A DNA stretch of 64,000 nt, taken from positions 5,047-69,046 of IMG/VR virus record IMGVR_UViG_2936381700_000001, one strand, 5' to 3'. The stretch comes from a virus. Taxonomy: Duplodnaviria; Caudoviricetes. Below are positions 45,729 through 54,528 of this stretch, one piece after another. The notes below the pieces were generated by a model. The model was not told the DNA's origin. It saw nothing but the letters and a program-made list of their open reading frames with translations, and did no database searches. Position numbers and translations under genes: made by a program. Position 1 is the first letter of the stretch. The number at the start of each line of letters is the position of its first letter.

Positions 45729-46736
45729 ATGGAATATCATGTGAAACGCGGCAAGCCGATCGATAGCGGCCGCCTGAAGAAGGATCTCAATAAGGCGGGT
45801 TCTATCGCGGCGGCTCGGGCGTTCTCGGAGGGGATCGAAAAGGGGGCCAAGCTCTCCACTTGCCCTGCTTGCGGGAGCGGAGCGCATCGCAAGCTCCTGA
45901 CGATCTATGGCTTCGACTATCACGAATGCGATGGATGCGGATCCGCTTTCGTCTGCAATCCACCTCCTGAAGAGGCGCTCTCGGCGGCCTACCGGTCGGC
46001 TTACTACACTGAGGCTAACAAGGTCCTTTACGCGAACGATTCGATCATCGACTACCGTGTTGCCCAGGTTTTCACTCCCAAAGTCGAGTTTGCAATCCAG
46101 CACTCCCGGCCGTCGAAAAAGACATGGCTGGATATCGGCTGCGGCGTCGGCGAAGCGTTGTCAGTCGTAAAGGGCAGGGGATACGAGGTCCTCGGCCTAG
46201 AGCCGAACGTGATGGAGGCCGAATACGCGTCGAAGAGGTTCGGGATCGAGGTTCGTCAGGATTATATCTCGAAAGACACCGTTTCGAAATATCGCGGCCA
46301 ATACGGCACGATCTCGATGTTCAGCGTTCTCGAGCACGTGCCAGATCCCAACCAGATCCTCTCGGACGTGTCGGCCATTCAGGAGAAGGGAGATGCTCTC
46401 GTCATCGAGGTCCCGCACTTCCCGTCGATCTCGACGATGAGCCAGATGACGTTCCCGGATATGATCAACAGAATGATGCACCCTCCGTTGCATCTTTTCC
46501 TCTTTTCGCTCCGCTCTCTCGAGGGAATGCTGGAGCGACATGGCTACAAGATCAACGCCGCCTGGCTCTTCGGCCAGGACTTCTATGAGATGATGAGCAC
46601 CCTTGGCCTGTTCGCGCCGGCGCTCAATCAATCGAAGCTTCTTTCGGCCCTGTCGCCGATGATGAGCGAACTGCAAGCAGTTATCGACAACCACGATCTA
46701 AGCGACGAGGTTCTTGTCGTCGCCGAACGCATCTAA
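45729..46736 (+). CDS. Class I SAM-dependent methyltransferase with N-terminal Zn ribbon (moron)
   Basis: CPAC...CDGC; WLDIGCGVG; FSVLEHVPDP; EVP...HLFLFS; AGGGAG RBS before ATG 45729. Confidence 0.88.
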   Translation: MEYHVKRGKPIDSGRLKKDLNKAGSIAAARAFSEGIEKGAKLSTCPACGSGAHRKLLTIYGFDYHECDGCGSAFVCNPPPEEALSAAYRSAYYTEANKVLYANDSIIDYRVAQVFTPKVEFAIQHSRPSKKTWLDIGCGVGEALSVVKGRGYEVLGLEPNVMEAEYASKRFGIEVRQDYISKDTVSKYRGQYGTISMFSVLEHVPDPNQILSDVSAIQEKGDALVIEVPHFPSISTMSQMTFPDMINRMMHPPLHLFLFSLRSLEGMLERHGYKINAAWLFGQDFYEMMSTLGLFAPALNQSKLLSALSPMMSELQAVIDNHDLSDEVLVVAERI

Positions 46737-46778
46737 AGGCTTCGGCGTAGCGGGCCATCGATCGCCGGAGAGGCAATC

Positions 46779-47279
46779 ATGGTCCGCTACCTCATATATC
46801 TTCCCGCGAATCTCGTATTCGTATGGCTTTCTTACCTCCTGTCGCCCCTGCTCGCTGGACTGTCCCTTGTGACGGGTCCGCGGCTTCCCGGCAGCCTGCA
46901 ATGGTTCTCAACGCTCGACGTCGATCTGGACGGCGGAATTTCGCAAGGCGTCAAAGGCTATCGAGCTGATCTCACCGGCTGGCGGCTGTGGTGGCAGCGG
47001 ACATGCTGGATTTGCCGCAATCCCGCACATGGTTGGCAGTCCGAACTTTTAGGTATGCCGGCATTTGGGACGATCATCGCTCAGCAGTGGATCAGCGAAG
47101 ACCCGAAACAAGAATTCTACCTACTGCAGACGGCTAGGGGCGCGGGGTTCTTTTGCTTCAAGCGTGACCAGCCGCTGTTCGGCAAGGTCCACCTCAAGAT
47201 ATGGCTCGGCTGGGTAAACAAAGCTTACGACGGCCGGAATCATCACTACGCATTCCAAATCGCACCTAAGCGGTCTTAG
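46779..47279 (+). CDS. Phage hypothetical membrane protein
   Basis: Hydrophobic N-terminus; WFSTLD...DGG, WICRNPAHG. Confidence 0.7.
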   Translation: MVRYLIYLPANLVFVWLSYLLSPLLAGLSLVTGPRLPGSLQWFSTLDVDLDGGISQGVKGYRADLTGWRLWWQRTCWICRNPAHGWQSELLGMPAFGTIIAQQWISEDPKQEFYLLQTARGAGFFCFKRDQPLFGKVHLKIWLGWVNKAYDGRNHHYAFQIAPKRS

Positions 47280-47312
47280 GCAACCAACCCCCCAACTCCG
47301 GAGACTACCCCT

Positions 47313-47906
47313 ATGAACCGAGCGCATTTCTATGCGGGCGTTCGCTCGTCGCTGTTTGGCGGCTCGCTTACTCAGTCTCAAGTGGAAGGCATGGAAGCCG
47401 TGCTCGACGAGGCAGGCAAGTCGTTCATCGATCCGCGCTGCCTCGCCTATATGCTTGCCACCGCTTTTCATGAAACCGGCCAGACGATGCAGCCGATCCA
47501 TGAACGGGGCGGGGCGGATTACTTCTTCCGGATGTACGATCCTAAAGGCCAGCGTCCGGCAGTGGCGGCCAGGCTTGGCAACACCGAAAGAGGCGACGGC
47601 GTCAAGTATGCCGGCCGGGGCCTCGTCCAGTTGACCGGGCGGCGGAATTACACCTTGTTTGCCAATCTCACAGGAGCCGATCTGGTCAACAATCCTGATC
47701 TGGCGATGAAAGATGACGTTGCCGTGCGCATCATGTTTCAGGGCATGGAGCGCGGTCTCTTCACCGGCAGGAAGCTTGCCGACTATTTCACCTCGAAAAG
47801 CTCTGACTGGGTGAACGCACGCCGGATCATCAACGGTGTCGATCGAGCAGATGATGTCGCCGACTATGCCAAGCACTTCTACAACGCCCTGCAGGATGCG
47901 GCCTGA
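47313..47906 (+). CDS. GH19 endolysin
   Basis: AYMLATAFHETG, DGVKYAGRGLVQLTGRRNY, ARRIING. Confidence 0.92.
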   Translation: MNRAHFYAGVRSSLFGGSLTQSQVEGMEAVLDEAGKSFIDPRCLAYMLATAFHETGQTMQPIHERGGADYFFRMYDPKGQRPAVAARLGNTERGDGVKYAGRGLVQLTGRRNYTLFANLTGADLVNNPDLAMKDDVAVRIMFQGMERGLFTGRKLADYFTSKSSDWVNARRIINGVDRADDVADYAKHFYNALQDAA

Positions 47907-48256
47907 TGCGCCGACCTCAGGAGGCGAAGAGGAGCGGGGAGCCCGGTTGGTCCTGGCGGCGCGCGGTGATCTTCCCGCTGATCATCTTTGCCTGCTGGCG
48001 GCTGATGGTCATGGAGAATGCTCCTGACACCGTCGTCAACCAGACGATTGCCTGGGGATGGATTGTCCTGATCATCTCGCTGGCCTTCTTCTACACCGGC
48101 TTCGCCACAGCTCAGGATATCGCCGCAATCCTCGCCACCCGAACCGGCCTCCCTTACGCATCGCCGCCGATCGCCGTCGACGGCGAGCCAGTCGGACCGG
48201 AGCCCTACGAACCACCGTCACGCCCGTTCACCGCGGCCGAAACTGGAGGTCGTTAA
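47906..48256 (+). CDS. Holin candidate (2 TM)
   Basis: Two TM helices directly after endolysin. Confidence 0.6.
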   Translation: MRRPQEAKRSGEPGWSWRRAVIFPLIIFACWRLMVMENAPDTVVNQTIAWGWIVLIISLAFFYTGFATAQDIAAILATRTGLPYASPPIAVDGEPVGPEPYEPPSRPFTAAETGGR

Positions 48257-48741
48257 TGCTCGCCCTGCTCTCAGCCATCTCGCGTCTCATCGGTATCGGT
48301 GGCGTGCTGTTCATCGGCCTCTTGCTCTATGAGGAAGGCATTCCCGGCGCCAGCCGCGTACCGTTCCTCGCCAACGTTCCTGTCGTCGGGGATCTGATCA
48401 CCGGCCGGGTACACACGTTTGCGGCAGACCAGGTGCGCCTGGCGACCGCGACCGCTCGTGCGCAGTGCTATTCCCGCATTGAGAAACTGGTTTCACGCTC
48501 GGAGTTGACTGCGGCCAATGCAAAGGCCGCCCAGCTGCAGCGTCAGATCGAAGCCATGAACGAAGCCATGGCCGCTTATCAGAAGCGGGCGCTGGCCGAC
48601 CAACAATCCCTGAAGGTGGAAAATGACCGGCTCGAAAAAGCGATCGCCGAGGATGCTGGCGACAACGGCTGCACTTGGACTCCTGATGATTTCCAGTGGC
48701 TGCAAGACCACCGCGGAAGAGCAGGGGGCTCGGCTCGATAG
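48256..48741 (+). CDS. i-spanin (Rz-like)
   Basis: N-terminal TM then coiled coil. Confidence 0.7.
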   Translation: MLALLSAISRLIGIGGVLFIGLLLYEEGIPGASRVPFLANVPVVGDLITGRVHTFAADQVRLATATARAQCYSRIEKLVSRSELTAANAKAAQLQRQIEAMNEAMAAYQKRALADQQSLKVENDRLEKAIAEDAGDNGCTWTPDDFQWLQDHRGRAGGSAR

Positions 48742-48955
48742 CGCTGCTCAGCAGCTCGGCCGACTAGCAGCAAAGAAGGAGGCGCCCAAGGCGAAGCTGC
48801 CGCCTGAGTGCCGTCAGCCTATGGGCCGGGTCTACCCGGCAGCGACCGAGAAGCCGCGCAATACGCAGCTCCGATGGGAATACGTCGCCGACGTTGAAGA
48901 CGCCTTGAAGAATCGCTGCGCCGACCTCGCCGACGCGGCGATCGCAGCCAACTGA
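48653..48955 (+). CDS. o-spanin lipoprotein (Rz1-like)
   Basis: Lipobox LLMISSG-C; overlaps the Rz-like gene in another frame. Confidence 0.72.
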   Translation: MLATTAALGLLMISSGCKTTAEEQGARLDSAAQQLGRLAAKKEAPKAKLPPECRQPMGRVYPAATEKPRNTQLRWEYVADVEDALKNRCADLADAAIAAN

Positions 48956-48985
48956 AATCCAAAATCGAAACAGGAGACTGAAAAG

Positions 48986-49318
48986 ATGGCCATCTCTGGT
49001 GCTCATGTGCAATGCGGGTATGTGCAGGACATTCGCGGTGCAAAGCTCTTCTTCCCGATCTGGTCAGAAACGATCACGCTCGGGGCGAGCACGACGCAGG
49101 CGGCGCCTTCCGGCCTCTCCGCCGAGAACGCGGCGTCGCTGGTGTTTCGCGTTCGCGCGCCCGCCAGCGGCGAGATGTTTGCGGCAGTGGGAGCAAGCCC
49201 GGACGCCAGCCAGGCGGTCGGCTCGTCCCAAAACACCGCACGGTCGCACTTCGTGGCGAGTGACGAGAAGGATCTGCCGGCGCAGGCCGGCTGGAAGTGC
49301 AATGTTGTGAGCGCCTGA
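48986..49318 (+). CDS. Phage hypothetical protein
   Basis: AGGAG RBS, 110 aa, beta-rich. Confidence 0.7.
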   Translation: MAISGAHVQCGYVQDIRGAKLFFPIWSETITLGASTTQAAPSGLSAENAASLVFRVRAPASGEMFAAVGASPDASQAVGSSQNTARSHFVASDEKDLPAQAGWKCNVVSA

Positions 49319-49320
49319 TC

Positions 49321-50721
49321 ATGACAGGAATCGCGACACGGATTGCAAATATTCGCGGACTGGCGAAGACGGTCGATATCGCCGTCGACCGGCGGCCATA
49401 TTCACGGCGGAATGGTGGCGTGGATGCCTATCCGCAATTCTACAATCCGAAGATTGGCTCCATCGGCGATAGCCTTGTCGCCCACGGCGTTGAAGGCGCA
49501 AGCCCTGGTACGATCAATGCATGGGCCACCAACGCTGGCGAACTGAACCTCGCCCTCGCGATGCATCCACGCTTCCGTCATGACAATTGGCCGGCTGACA
49601 CAACGGCTTTCAGCCCGTCGAGCGACCGCTATACTACGGGCGCCAACCAGGCTATTTCGGGCTCGAATGCCGCCAGCCATCGGGCGATGTTGCAGAACTA
49701 TCTGCTGCCGATGCACCCGAATATCCTGTTCTACCGGCCATCGGTGAACAACTCCGTAGGCACCGACACCGGGCCGGCAACGTTCGCCTACTTTCAAGAA
49801 ACTGTGCAGATGGCAATGGACGCCGGCGTCTTCTGCGCTATCGGGACAATGTGCCCTTGGGTGAATGATCCGGCAAACGCCTTCAACGGTGCTGACAATA
49901 ACGCCAACCGCGCCTATATCAATGCCGCTATTCGGGCATGGGTTCCGACTCTGCCGAAATCTAAGGCCATCCTGGTCGACTACGACATTGCGCTCGATCC
50001 CACGAATACCGGTTGGACCGACCGCTCCAATATGTCGGATTACATCCACCTTGGAACGCAAGGCGCACTGAAATGCGCCCGCCTGATTAATCAGAAGCTC
50101 GATCTTCTTATTCCGGCGCGCAATTACGCTCTGGAGCTTTGGAACGGCGGGAACAACAAGTTCCCCTATCCGATCCTAGCCGGCAATGGCGGCGTCACGG
50201 CAAACGGCACTGGCTCGACTCCAACCGGGATGCGGACACAGAAGGGCGGAACAGGCAGCTCCACGCTCGTCTTGTCGACCGAAGCCAATGCGGAAACCGG
50301 CGGCCTTACGCGCGTCTTCACGATCACAGGCGTCGGAACCGGGGCAACGGCATACTACCAGCTCGGCATCGGTACGCTCGGCGATTTCACCGTCACAGGC
50401 CAAACAGGCCAGTGGGTTAGGTCAATTGCTGAAATCGAAGTGATGGGCAACGACGCCCTTCTCGTCCCCCAGCTTTGGGCAAACGGCCGGCGCGCCCTAT
50501 ATGAAGGTGGCTGGAGCGGCCTTATAGGGGATTCGCAGCAGCAGACTTATTGGTTGATCACTGATGCCGTTCAAGTCGGCTCAGACACTGCCAACCTTTC
50601 AATCCGGCTCTACCCGAACGCCGATAGGGCCTTGGCTGTGGGTGGAAATCCGACGATGGTCGCCAAGGTCAAAAGGCTTGGTTATTACTTCATCAGCAAT
50701 CCGCGCACGGACTGGGCTTAA
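49321..50721 (+). CDS. SGNH/GDSL hydrolase with C-terminal beta domain
   Basis: IGSIGDSL (block I), SVNN (III), DYIHL (V). Confidence 0.8.
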   Translation: MTGIATRIANIRGLAKTVDIAVDRRPYSRRNGGVDAYPQFYNPKIGSIGDSLVAHGVEGASPGTINAWATNAGELNLALAMHPRFRHDNWPADTTAFSPSSDRYTTGANQAISGSNAASHRAMLQNYLLPMHPNILFYRPSVNNSVGTDTGPATFAYFQETVQMAMDAGVFCAIGTMCPWVNDPANAFNGADNNANRAYINAAIRAWVPTLPKSKAILVDYDIALDPTNTGWTDRSNMSDYIHLGTQGALKCARLINQKLDLLIPARNYALELWNGGNNKFPYPILAGNGGVTANGTGSTPTGMRTQKGGTGSSTLVLSTEANAETGGLTRVFTITGVGTGATAYYQLGIGTLGDFTVTGQTGQWVRSIAEIEVMGNDALLVPQLWANGRRALYEGGWSGLIGDSQQQTYWLITDAVQVGSDTANLSIRLYPNADRALAVGGNPTMVAKVKRLGYYFISNPRTDWA

Positions 50722-50741
50722 CGGCACCGAAGGAAAAGCTT

Positions 50742-51041
50742 ATGCGCTTACTTATAACGGGTCGAGACACCGGATCAACTCTTGAGCAGCATCGCGCCTC
50801 GCTGGCGCCGAAGCCGACTATTCCAGAAGTCATTGCCAGGTTCAAAGCCTATCACGCCGTCAACCCTGGTTGGGGATCGCTGCATTGCGTATTGGGCAAT
50901 GGCAACACACAGGATGGCTTCGTTGACGTTGATACGGAAAGCGCTGCGCGTGAACAAGGAGACGCTGAAGGTGCGGATCTTATCGCCATCCTTCGGCGAA
51001 TGAGCCGCACGCAACGCGCCAAGCTTCGAAAACTCGTCTAA
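50742..51041 (+). CDS. Phage hypothetical protein
   Basis: GWGSLHCVLGNGN. Confidence 0.6.
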   Translation: MRLLITGRDTGSTLEQHRASLAPKPTIPEVIARFKAYHAVNPGWGSLHCVLGNGNTQDGFVDVDTESAAREQGDAEGADLIAILRRMSRTQRAKLRKLV

Positions 51042-51047
51042 TCGCTG

Positions 51048-51323
51048 GTGACGAAAATGGACAATGCAAGAAATTCGCCAATGGTCGGCATAACCATCGA
51101 GGTCAAGGCAATCGGCCTATACGCCGATGACGTTCCGAAGCACGCGTATTTCTTCGAGGGCTCGATAACGGACGCGGTCAATCACATTCGCGCATGGAAA
51201 GAGGCGCAATATGAAGCGGTCGACATAGAGCTGTCGCGCCCGGTCGCGCTCCCTTCGGATATCAAAGATGTCGCCGAGGTTTTTGATATCAGGGATCTGG
51301 CGAAAGAGTTCCCCATTCGGTAA
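51048..51323 (+). CDS. Phage hypothetical protein
   Basis: ORF following previous gene; start uncertain. Confidence 0.55.
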   Translation: MTKMDNARNSPMVGITIEVKAIGLYADDVPKHAYFFEGSITDAVNHIRAWKEAQYEAVDIELSRPVALPSDIKDVAEVFDIRDLAKEFPIR

Positions 51324-51600
51324 TTCCGGCTCGCTGACCGAAGTTTGGTAAGGAAAAGTGGGTTTGAATCCCACCGACGTGACGGCCGTGGCTGTCACTG
51401 GACTGGATGATTCCACAGCCGGGAAAGACCGGCGATCTCTTAAATTCAGGAAAGCGATCGCCATCGGCAAGGCAATGGTTCGATGGGCAACGGTCCCGTC
51501 GCTCTGTTGGCTGTAGGTCCTATGCCTATGATCATTCATCAAGTCCGCATTCTGGGCCAAGCGGCCAAGGCACCCGCGCGGGATCACACGGGCAGACAAT
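51324..51600 (+). ncRNA. Candidate structured RNA or decayed tRNA cluster
   Basis: Dense hairpins including T-arm-like GTGGG-TTTGAAT-CCCAC (51358-51374) and D-arm-like GCCAAGCGGCCAAGGC (51556-51571). Confidence 0.4.
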
Positions 51601-51602
51601 AA

Positions 51603-51878
51603 ATGGTAGGTATCCAAGCAGAGCTCGCCAAGTGGATGCTGCAGAACGGCGGCGTGTTTGCCGCCACGACGCTCATCTTCCTCGGCCTCTATCTCTACGA
51701 ACGTTATGGCAGAGCGAAAGACAGGGCCGCCTATGACGAGGCCCTGGCCAAGGCGCAGCAGGAACATGTCGCTACCCTCAAACTCGTAACCCCGCTTGCG
51801 CAGAAATTCACCGACACGATGGATGTCATCCTGCCTCTCGCCATGGCGCAGATCAACGGCAGGAGGAAGGGCGAATGA
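51603..51878 (+). CDS. Single-TM holin-like membrane protein
   Basis: GGVFAATTLIFLGLYLY then amphipathic helix. Confidence 0.65.
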   Translation: MVGIQAELAKWMLQNGGVFAATTLIFLGLYLYERYGRAKDRAAYDEALAKAQQEHVATLKLVTPLAQKFTDTMDVILPLAMAQINGRRKGE

Positions 51879-52069
51879 TGCTGCTCAAATGGTTCCGCCG
51901 GCCGCGCACGAGATGGTCCCTTGGGGGTGATCCTGATGTCGAGGAGGAGAAACGCGTGCTGCAGGCCAAGCTTGCGCAGACGGTGGTGACGTTTGAGCGG
52001 CGGCGCCATGGCGTCCACGAATTGGCGACGGTGACATTGAAGACGATGAAAAAAGGAAAGAAGCGATGA
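51875..52069 (+). CDS. Small hypothetical protein
   Basis: ATGA-coupled at both ends. Confidence 0.6.
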   Translation: MMLLKWFRRPRTRWSLGGDPDVEEEKRVLQAKLAQTVVTFERRRHGVHELATVTLKTMKKGKKR

Positions 52070-52542
52070 AGCGGCTGAAAACGAGCATTGCGGCCTGGTC
52101 TGCCCTGTCGGCCGTGGTTTCCTTTTGGCTGCTCAACATTTTCGTTCCTTACGAGCGGATGGTCGAGATCTCCTCGAGCCTGGTGCTCGGCGTGACTTTT
52201 GCCGTCCTTGTGCGATGGGCGAGCGATGCGGCGCGGGCGCTGCGATCGGGTCGGGACGGGCCGGATTTCCTGATCGTCGCTGTCTTCTCGATCGTGCTGA
52301 TCATCTTCTTCCAGCGTGTTTGGGTGCTTATCCTCAGGTACTACGATCGCGCCGATCACCTGGTCAATTCGCCGATCAGCGCCTTCATCGCCTGGATGCT
52401 GGCGTGGGCATGCATGCTGGTGCTAATCGCGCCTGACGCGGAGAACGGCACGATCCCCGGCCGCAGCCGCGTGTTCATCGGCGTAGCGCTATTCATCGCC
52501 GGGATGGTTTCGGGTCTGGGGCTGGCGCTGGCAATCGTCTAG
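52066..52542 (+). CDS. Multi-pass membrane protein
   Basis: About five hydrophobic segments. Confidence 0.75.
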   Translation: MKRLKTSIAAWSALSAVVSFWLLNIFVPYERMVEISSSLVLGVTFAVLVRWASDAARALRSGRDGPDFLIVAVFSIVLIIFFQRVWVLILRYYDRADHLVNSPISAFIAWMLAWACMLVLIAPDAENGTIPGRSRVFIGVALFIAGMVSGLGLALAIV

Positions 52543-52714
52543 TCTTCCAGGCGAATATCGCCCGCCAGGTCTGGTGCTCTCGCTGACTGACGTCGCTGCG
52601 GAAGAATGGCGGCGTCTCGACGGTGACTGTCTCCCCACACTTCCGGCAGGAGATGACGGAGACGGCATCGTAGTGGGCTTGCGGCCGGCCGCCGCAGCAT
52701 TGATCAAGCGACAT
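52493..52714 (-). CDS. Small Zn-ribbon (Lar-like) protein
   Basis: QCCGG...SCRKCG; GAGGT RBS. Confidence 0.5.
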   Translation of the reverse strand: MSLDQCCGGRPQAHYDAVSVISCRKCGETVTVETPPFFRSDVSQREHQTWRAIFAWKTRRLPAPAPDPKPSRR

Positions 52715-52946
52715 AGTTTCCAAACCTCAATCGTCCCGCCTTTGCTCCGCATGAGGAGCATTTCAAGTGTGGCTCGATCTCGCTGATCAAAGCGAATTGC
52801 GGGCCGCTCGGCAAACTCTCCCTTGCGAATTCCCGCGCCACGCCGCAGGCGGTGCATTCGGCCATGATGGCGACATGCTCCGGCGTGACGTTGATATATC
52901 CGGGCGACCAGGCCTTGATCTCCTGAAACCGTCGAGCACTTACCAT
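52704..52946 (-). CDS. Small Zn-ribbon protein
   Basis: CTAC...CSSC. Confidence 0.7.
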   Translation of the reverse strand: MVSARRFQEIKAWSPGYINVTPEHVAIMAECTACGVAREFARESLPSGPQFALISEIEPHLKCSSCGAKAGRLRFGNYVA

Positions 52947-53218
52947 TTCGGCCCCCTTTCCATCGTCATCGCCCGCGGCGCGCTCTTCGGCAGGTAGGCG
53001 ATCGCCACGCGTCGACTACCGCAGACTGGGCAGCGCATGCGCTGCGAGAGCATGGCGAGCGGAAAATCCCGCCCTCTCGTCGCCACCAGGGTGACAAGAT
53101 CCAGCCTGTGCTTCCACTGGCAGTCGCGCACGCTCTTCAGCCCCTCACGTTTCCCCCATGCGCATCGGGCGCTGACATCCCATCCCGCATCCATTGCCTC
53201 GCCGATCGTTTCGGCCAT
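52940..53218 (-). CDS. Small Zn-ribbon protein
   Basis: RC...DC...LDLVTLVATRGRDFPL...RCPVCGSRRV. Confidence 0.75.
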   Translation of the reverse strand: MAETIGEAMDAGWDVSARCAWGKREGLKSVRDCQWKHRLDLVTLVATRGRDFPLAMLSQRMRCPVCGSRRVAIAYLPKSAPRAMTMERGPKW

Positions 53219-53284
53219 GCGTCATCATTCCCCTTTCGAGGCCCTTTCTGCCGCACTGTTGTTAAATGCTCCCGCCCGAGCGAT

Positions 53285-53299
53285 GTTGCTAATATGTTC
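53285..53299. promoter_or_regulatory. Near-consensus alphaproteobacterial LexA box
   Basis: GTTG-CTAATAT-GTTC versus consensus GTTC-N7-GTTC (one mismatch). Confidence 0.45.
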
Positions 53300-53371
53300 T
53301 CATGCGGGCTCGAGTCAATATAATGATTATGGGTCAATTGCTTTTTAAGGCCCTGCTGATGAAGTGGCGGG

Positions 53372-54421
53372 ATGACAAAGCCGCCTCGCAGGCCTCCCCA
53401 GCCACTGTTGGGTCACACTGATGCGCCGCTCCGCAGTAAGCCGCGGCGCCGGCGTGATCCGAGCCAGCCTCAGCTCACCCTCGATCCCATGCCGGCTCGC
53501 GTTGATCTCTGTCTCGCGCTCCTCAAGTCGCGCCCTCCGAAAGGCGCGCAATGGGCCTTCGAGGTCAAGTGGGACGGCTATCGCTTGGTCGTTCACAAAG
53601 AGCCTTCGGGCGTCCGGATCCTGACGCGCGGCGGCCATGACTGGACCCACCTCTTCCCTGCGATCGCGGCTGAGGCGAGGCGCCTCCCTGTTTCAACCGC
53701 GATACTGGATGGCGAGGCCGTCGTTCTTGACGAGCAGGGCCGGCCAGATTTCGGCAAGCTGCAGAAGTCGCTCGGCGGCCGCGGCGGCAACAGGGCGTCG
53801 CGCGACGCGATCATGATGGCGTTTGACCTCATCTATTTCGACGGCCATGACATCCGGTCAACCGAACTCAGCTCACGGCGCCATCTCCTCGAGGAACTCG
53901 TGCCGGCCGGCGGGGAGGAGGCCATCCGCCTATCTGAGGAAATCGAAGCGGATGGCGACACCCTCTTGCGGATCGCCTGCGAGCTCGGGCTCGAAGGCAT
54001 TGTCGCGAAAGACAGGAACAGTCCCTATCGTAGCGGCCGCAGCGGTGAGTGGCAGAAGATCAAATGTGTGCAGAGCGACGGTTTTGCGATCATTGGCTAC
54101 GAGAAGTCAACAGCGTCGTTCGGCGGCATAGGCCGGCTTCTGCTCGCCGCGCGCAAGGGAGGTGAGTTCGTCTATGTCGGGGAAGTGGGGACAGGCTTCA
54201 ACGAACGTTCCGCCGCCGAGCTCCGAGAGTTGATGGACAAACTGATCGTCCGGAAGCCGGCCGCCGATACGGGCAGGAAACGAAACGCAGTCTTCGTCCG
54301 TCCGGAGCTTGTTGCCGAGATCCAGTACGGAGGTTGGACGCATGACGGCAAGCTGCGGCATCAGTCGTACAAGGGGTTGCGGGATCCGGCAGACAATGAG
54401 GGCGTCTACGAGCTGGAATGA
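53372..54421 (+). CDS. ATP-dependent DNA ligase (LigD-type ligase domain only)
   Basis: FEVKWDGYR (KxDG), LDGEAV, AFDLI, EGIVAK, LRHQSYKGLR. Confidence 0.92.
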   Translation: MTKPPRRPPQPLLGHTDAPLRSKPRRRRDPSQPQLTLDPMPARVDLCLALLKSRPPKGAQWAFEVKWDGYRLVVHKEPSGVRILTRGGHDWTHLFPAIAAEARRLPVSTAILDGEAVVLDEQGRPDFGKLQKSLGGRGGNRASRDAIMMAFDLIYFDGHDIRSTELSSRRHLLEELVPAGGEEAIRLSEEIEADGDTLLRIACELGLEGIVAKDRNSPYRSGRSGEWQKIKCVQSDGFAIIGYEKSTASFGGIGRLLLAARKGGEFVYVGEVGTGFNERSAAELRELMDKLIVRKPAADTGRKRNAVFVRPELVAEIQYGGWTHDGKLRHQSYKGLRDPADNEGVYELE

Positions 54422-54427
54422 ATTTTA

Positions 54428-54449
54428 GCGGACCGATTGCGGACCGATT
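54428..54449 (+). repeat. Tandem 11-bp repeat, likely integrase arm-type sites
   Basis: GCGGACCGATT x2, about 80 bp inside the att core. Confidence 0.6.
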
Positions 54450-54528
54450 GGCTGGACAAAATCAGAACAGGCGGGAACAAAAAGAAACCGCCTGTCCCGG
54501 AAATGCTGGGTTTTCGCGAAGCCTTCTC

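Noticed and set aside
51358-51580. Circularly permuted tRNA (T arm before D arm)
   Set aside because: The flanking 7-mers do not pair as an acceptor stem; kept only as a generic structured-RNA candidate
54465-54478. Second LexA box GAAC...GAAC
   Set aside because: Spacer is 6 nt, not 7; the segment is better explained by the ACAGGCGG/CCGCCTGT hairpin
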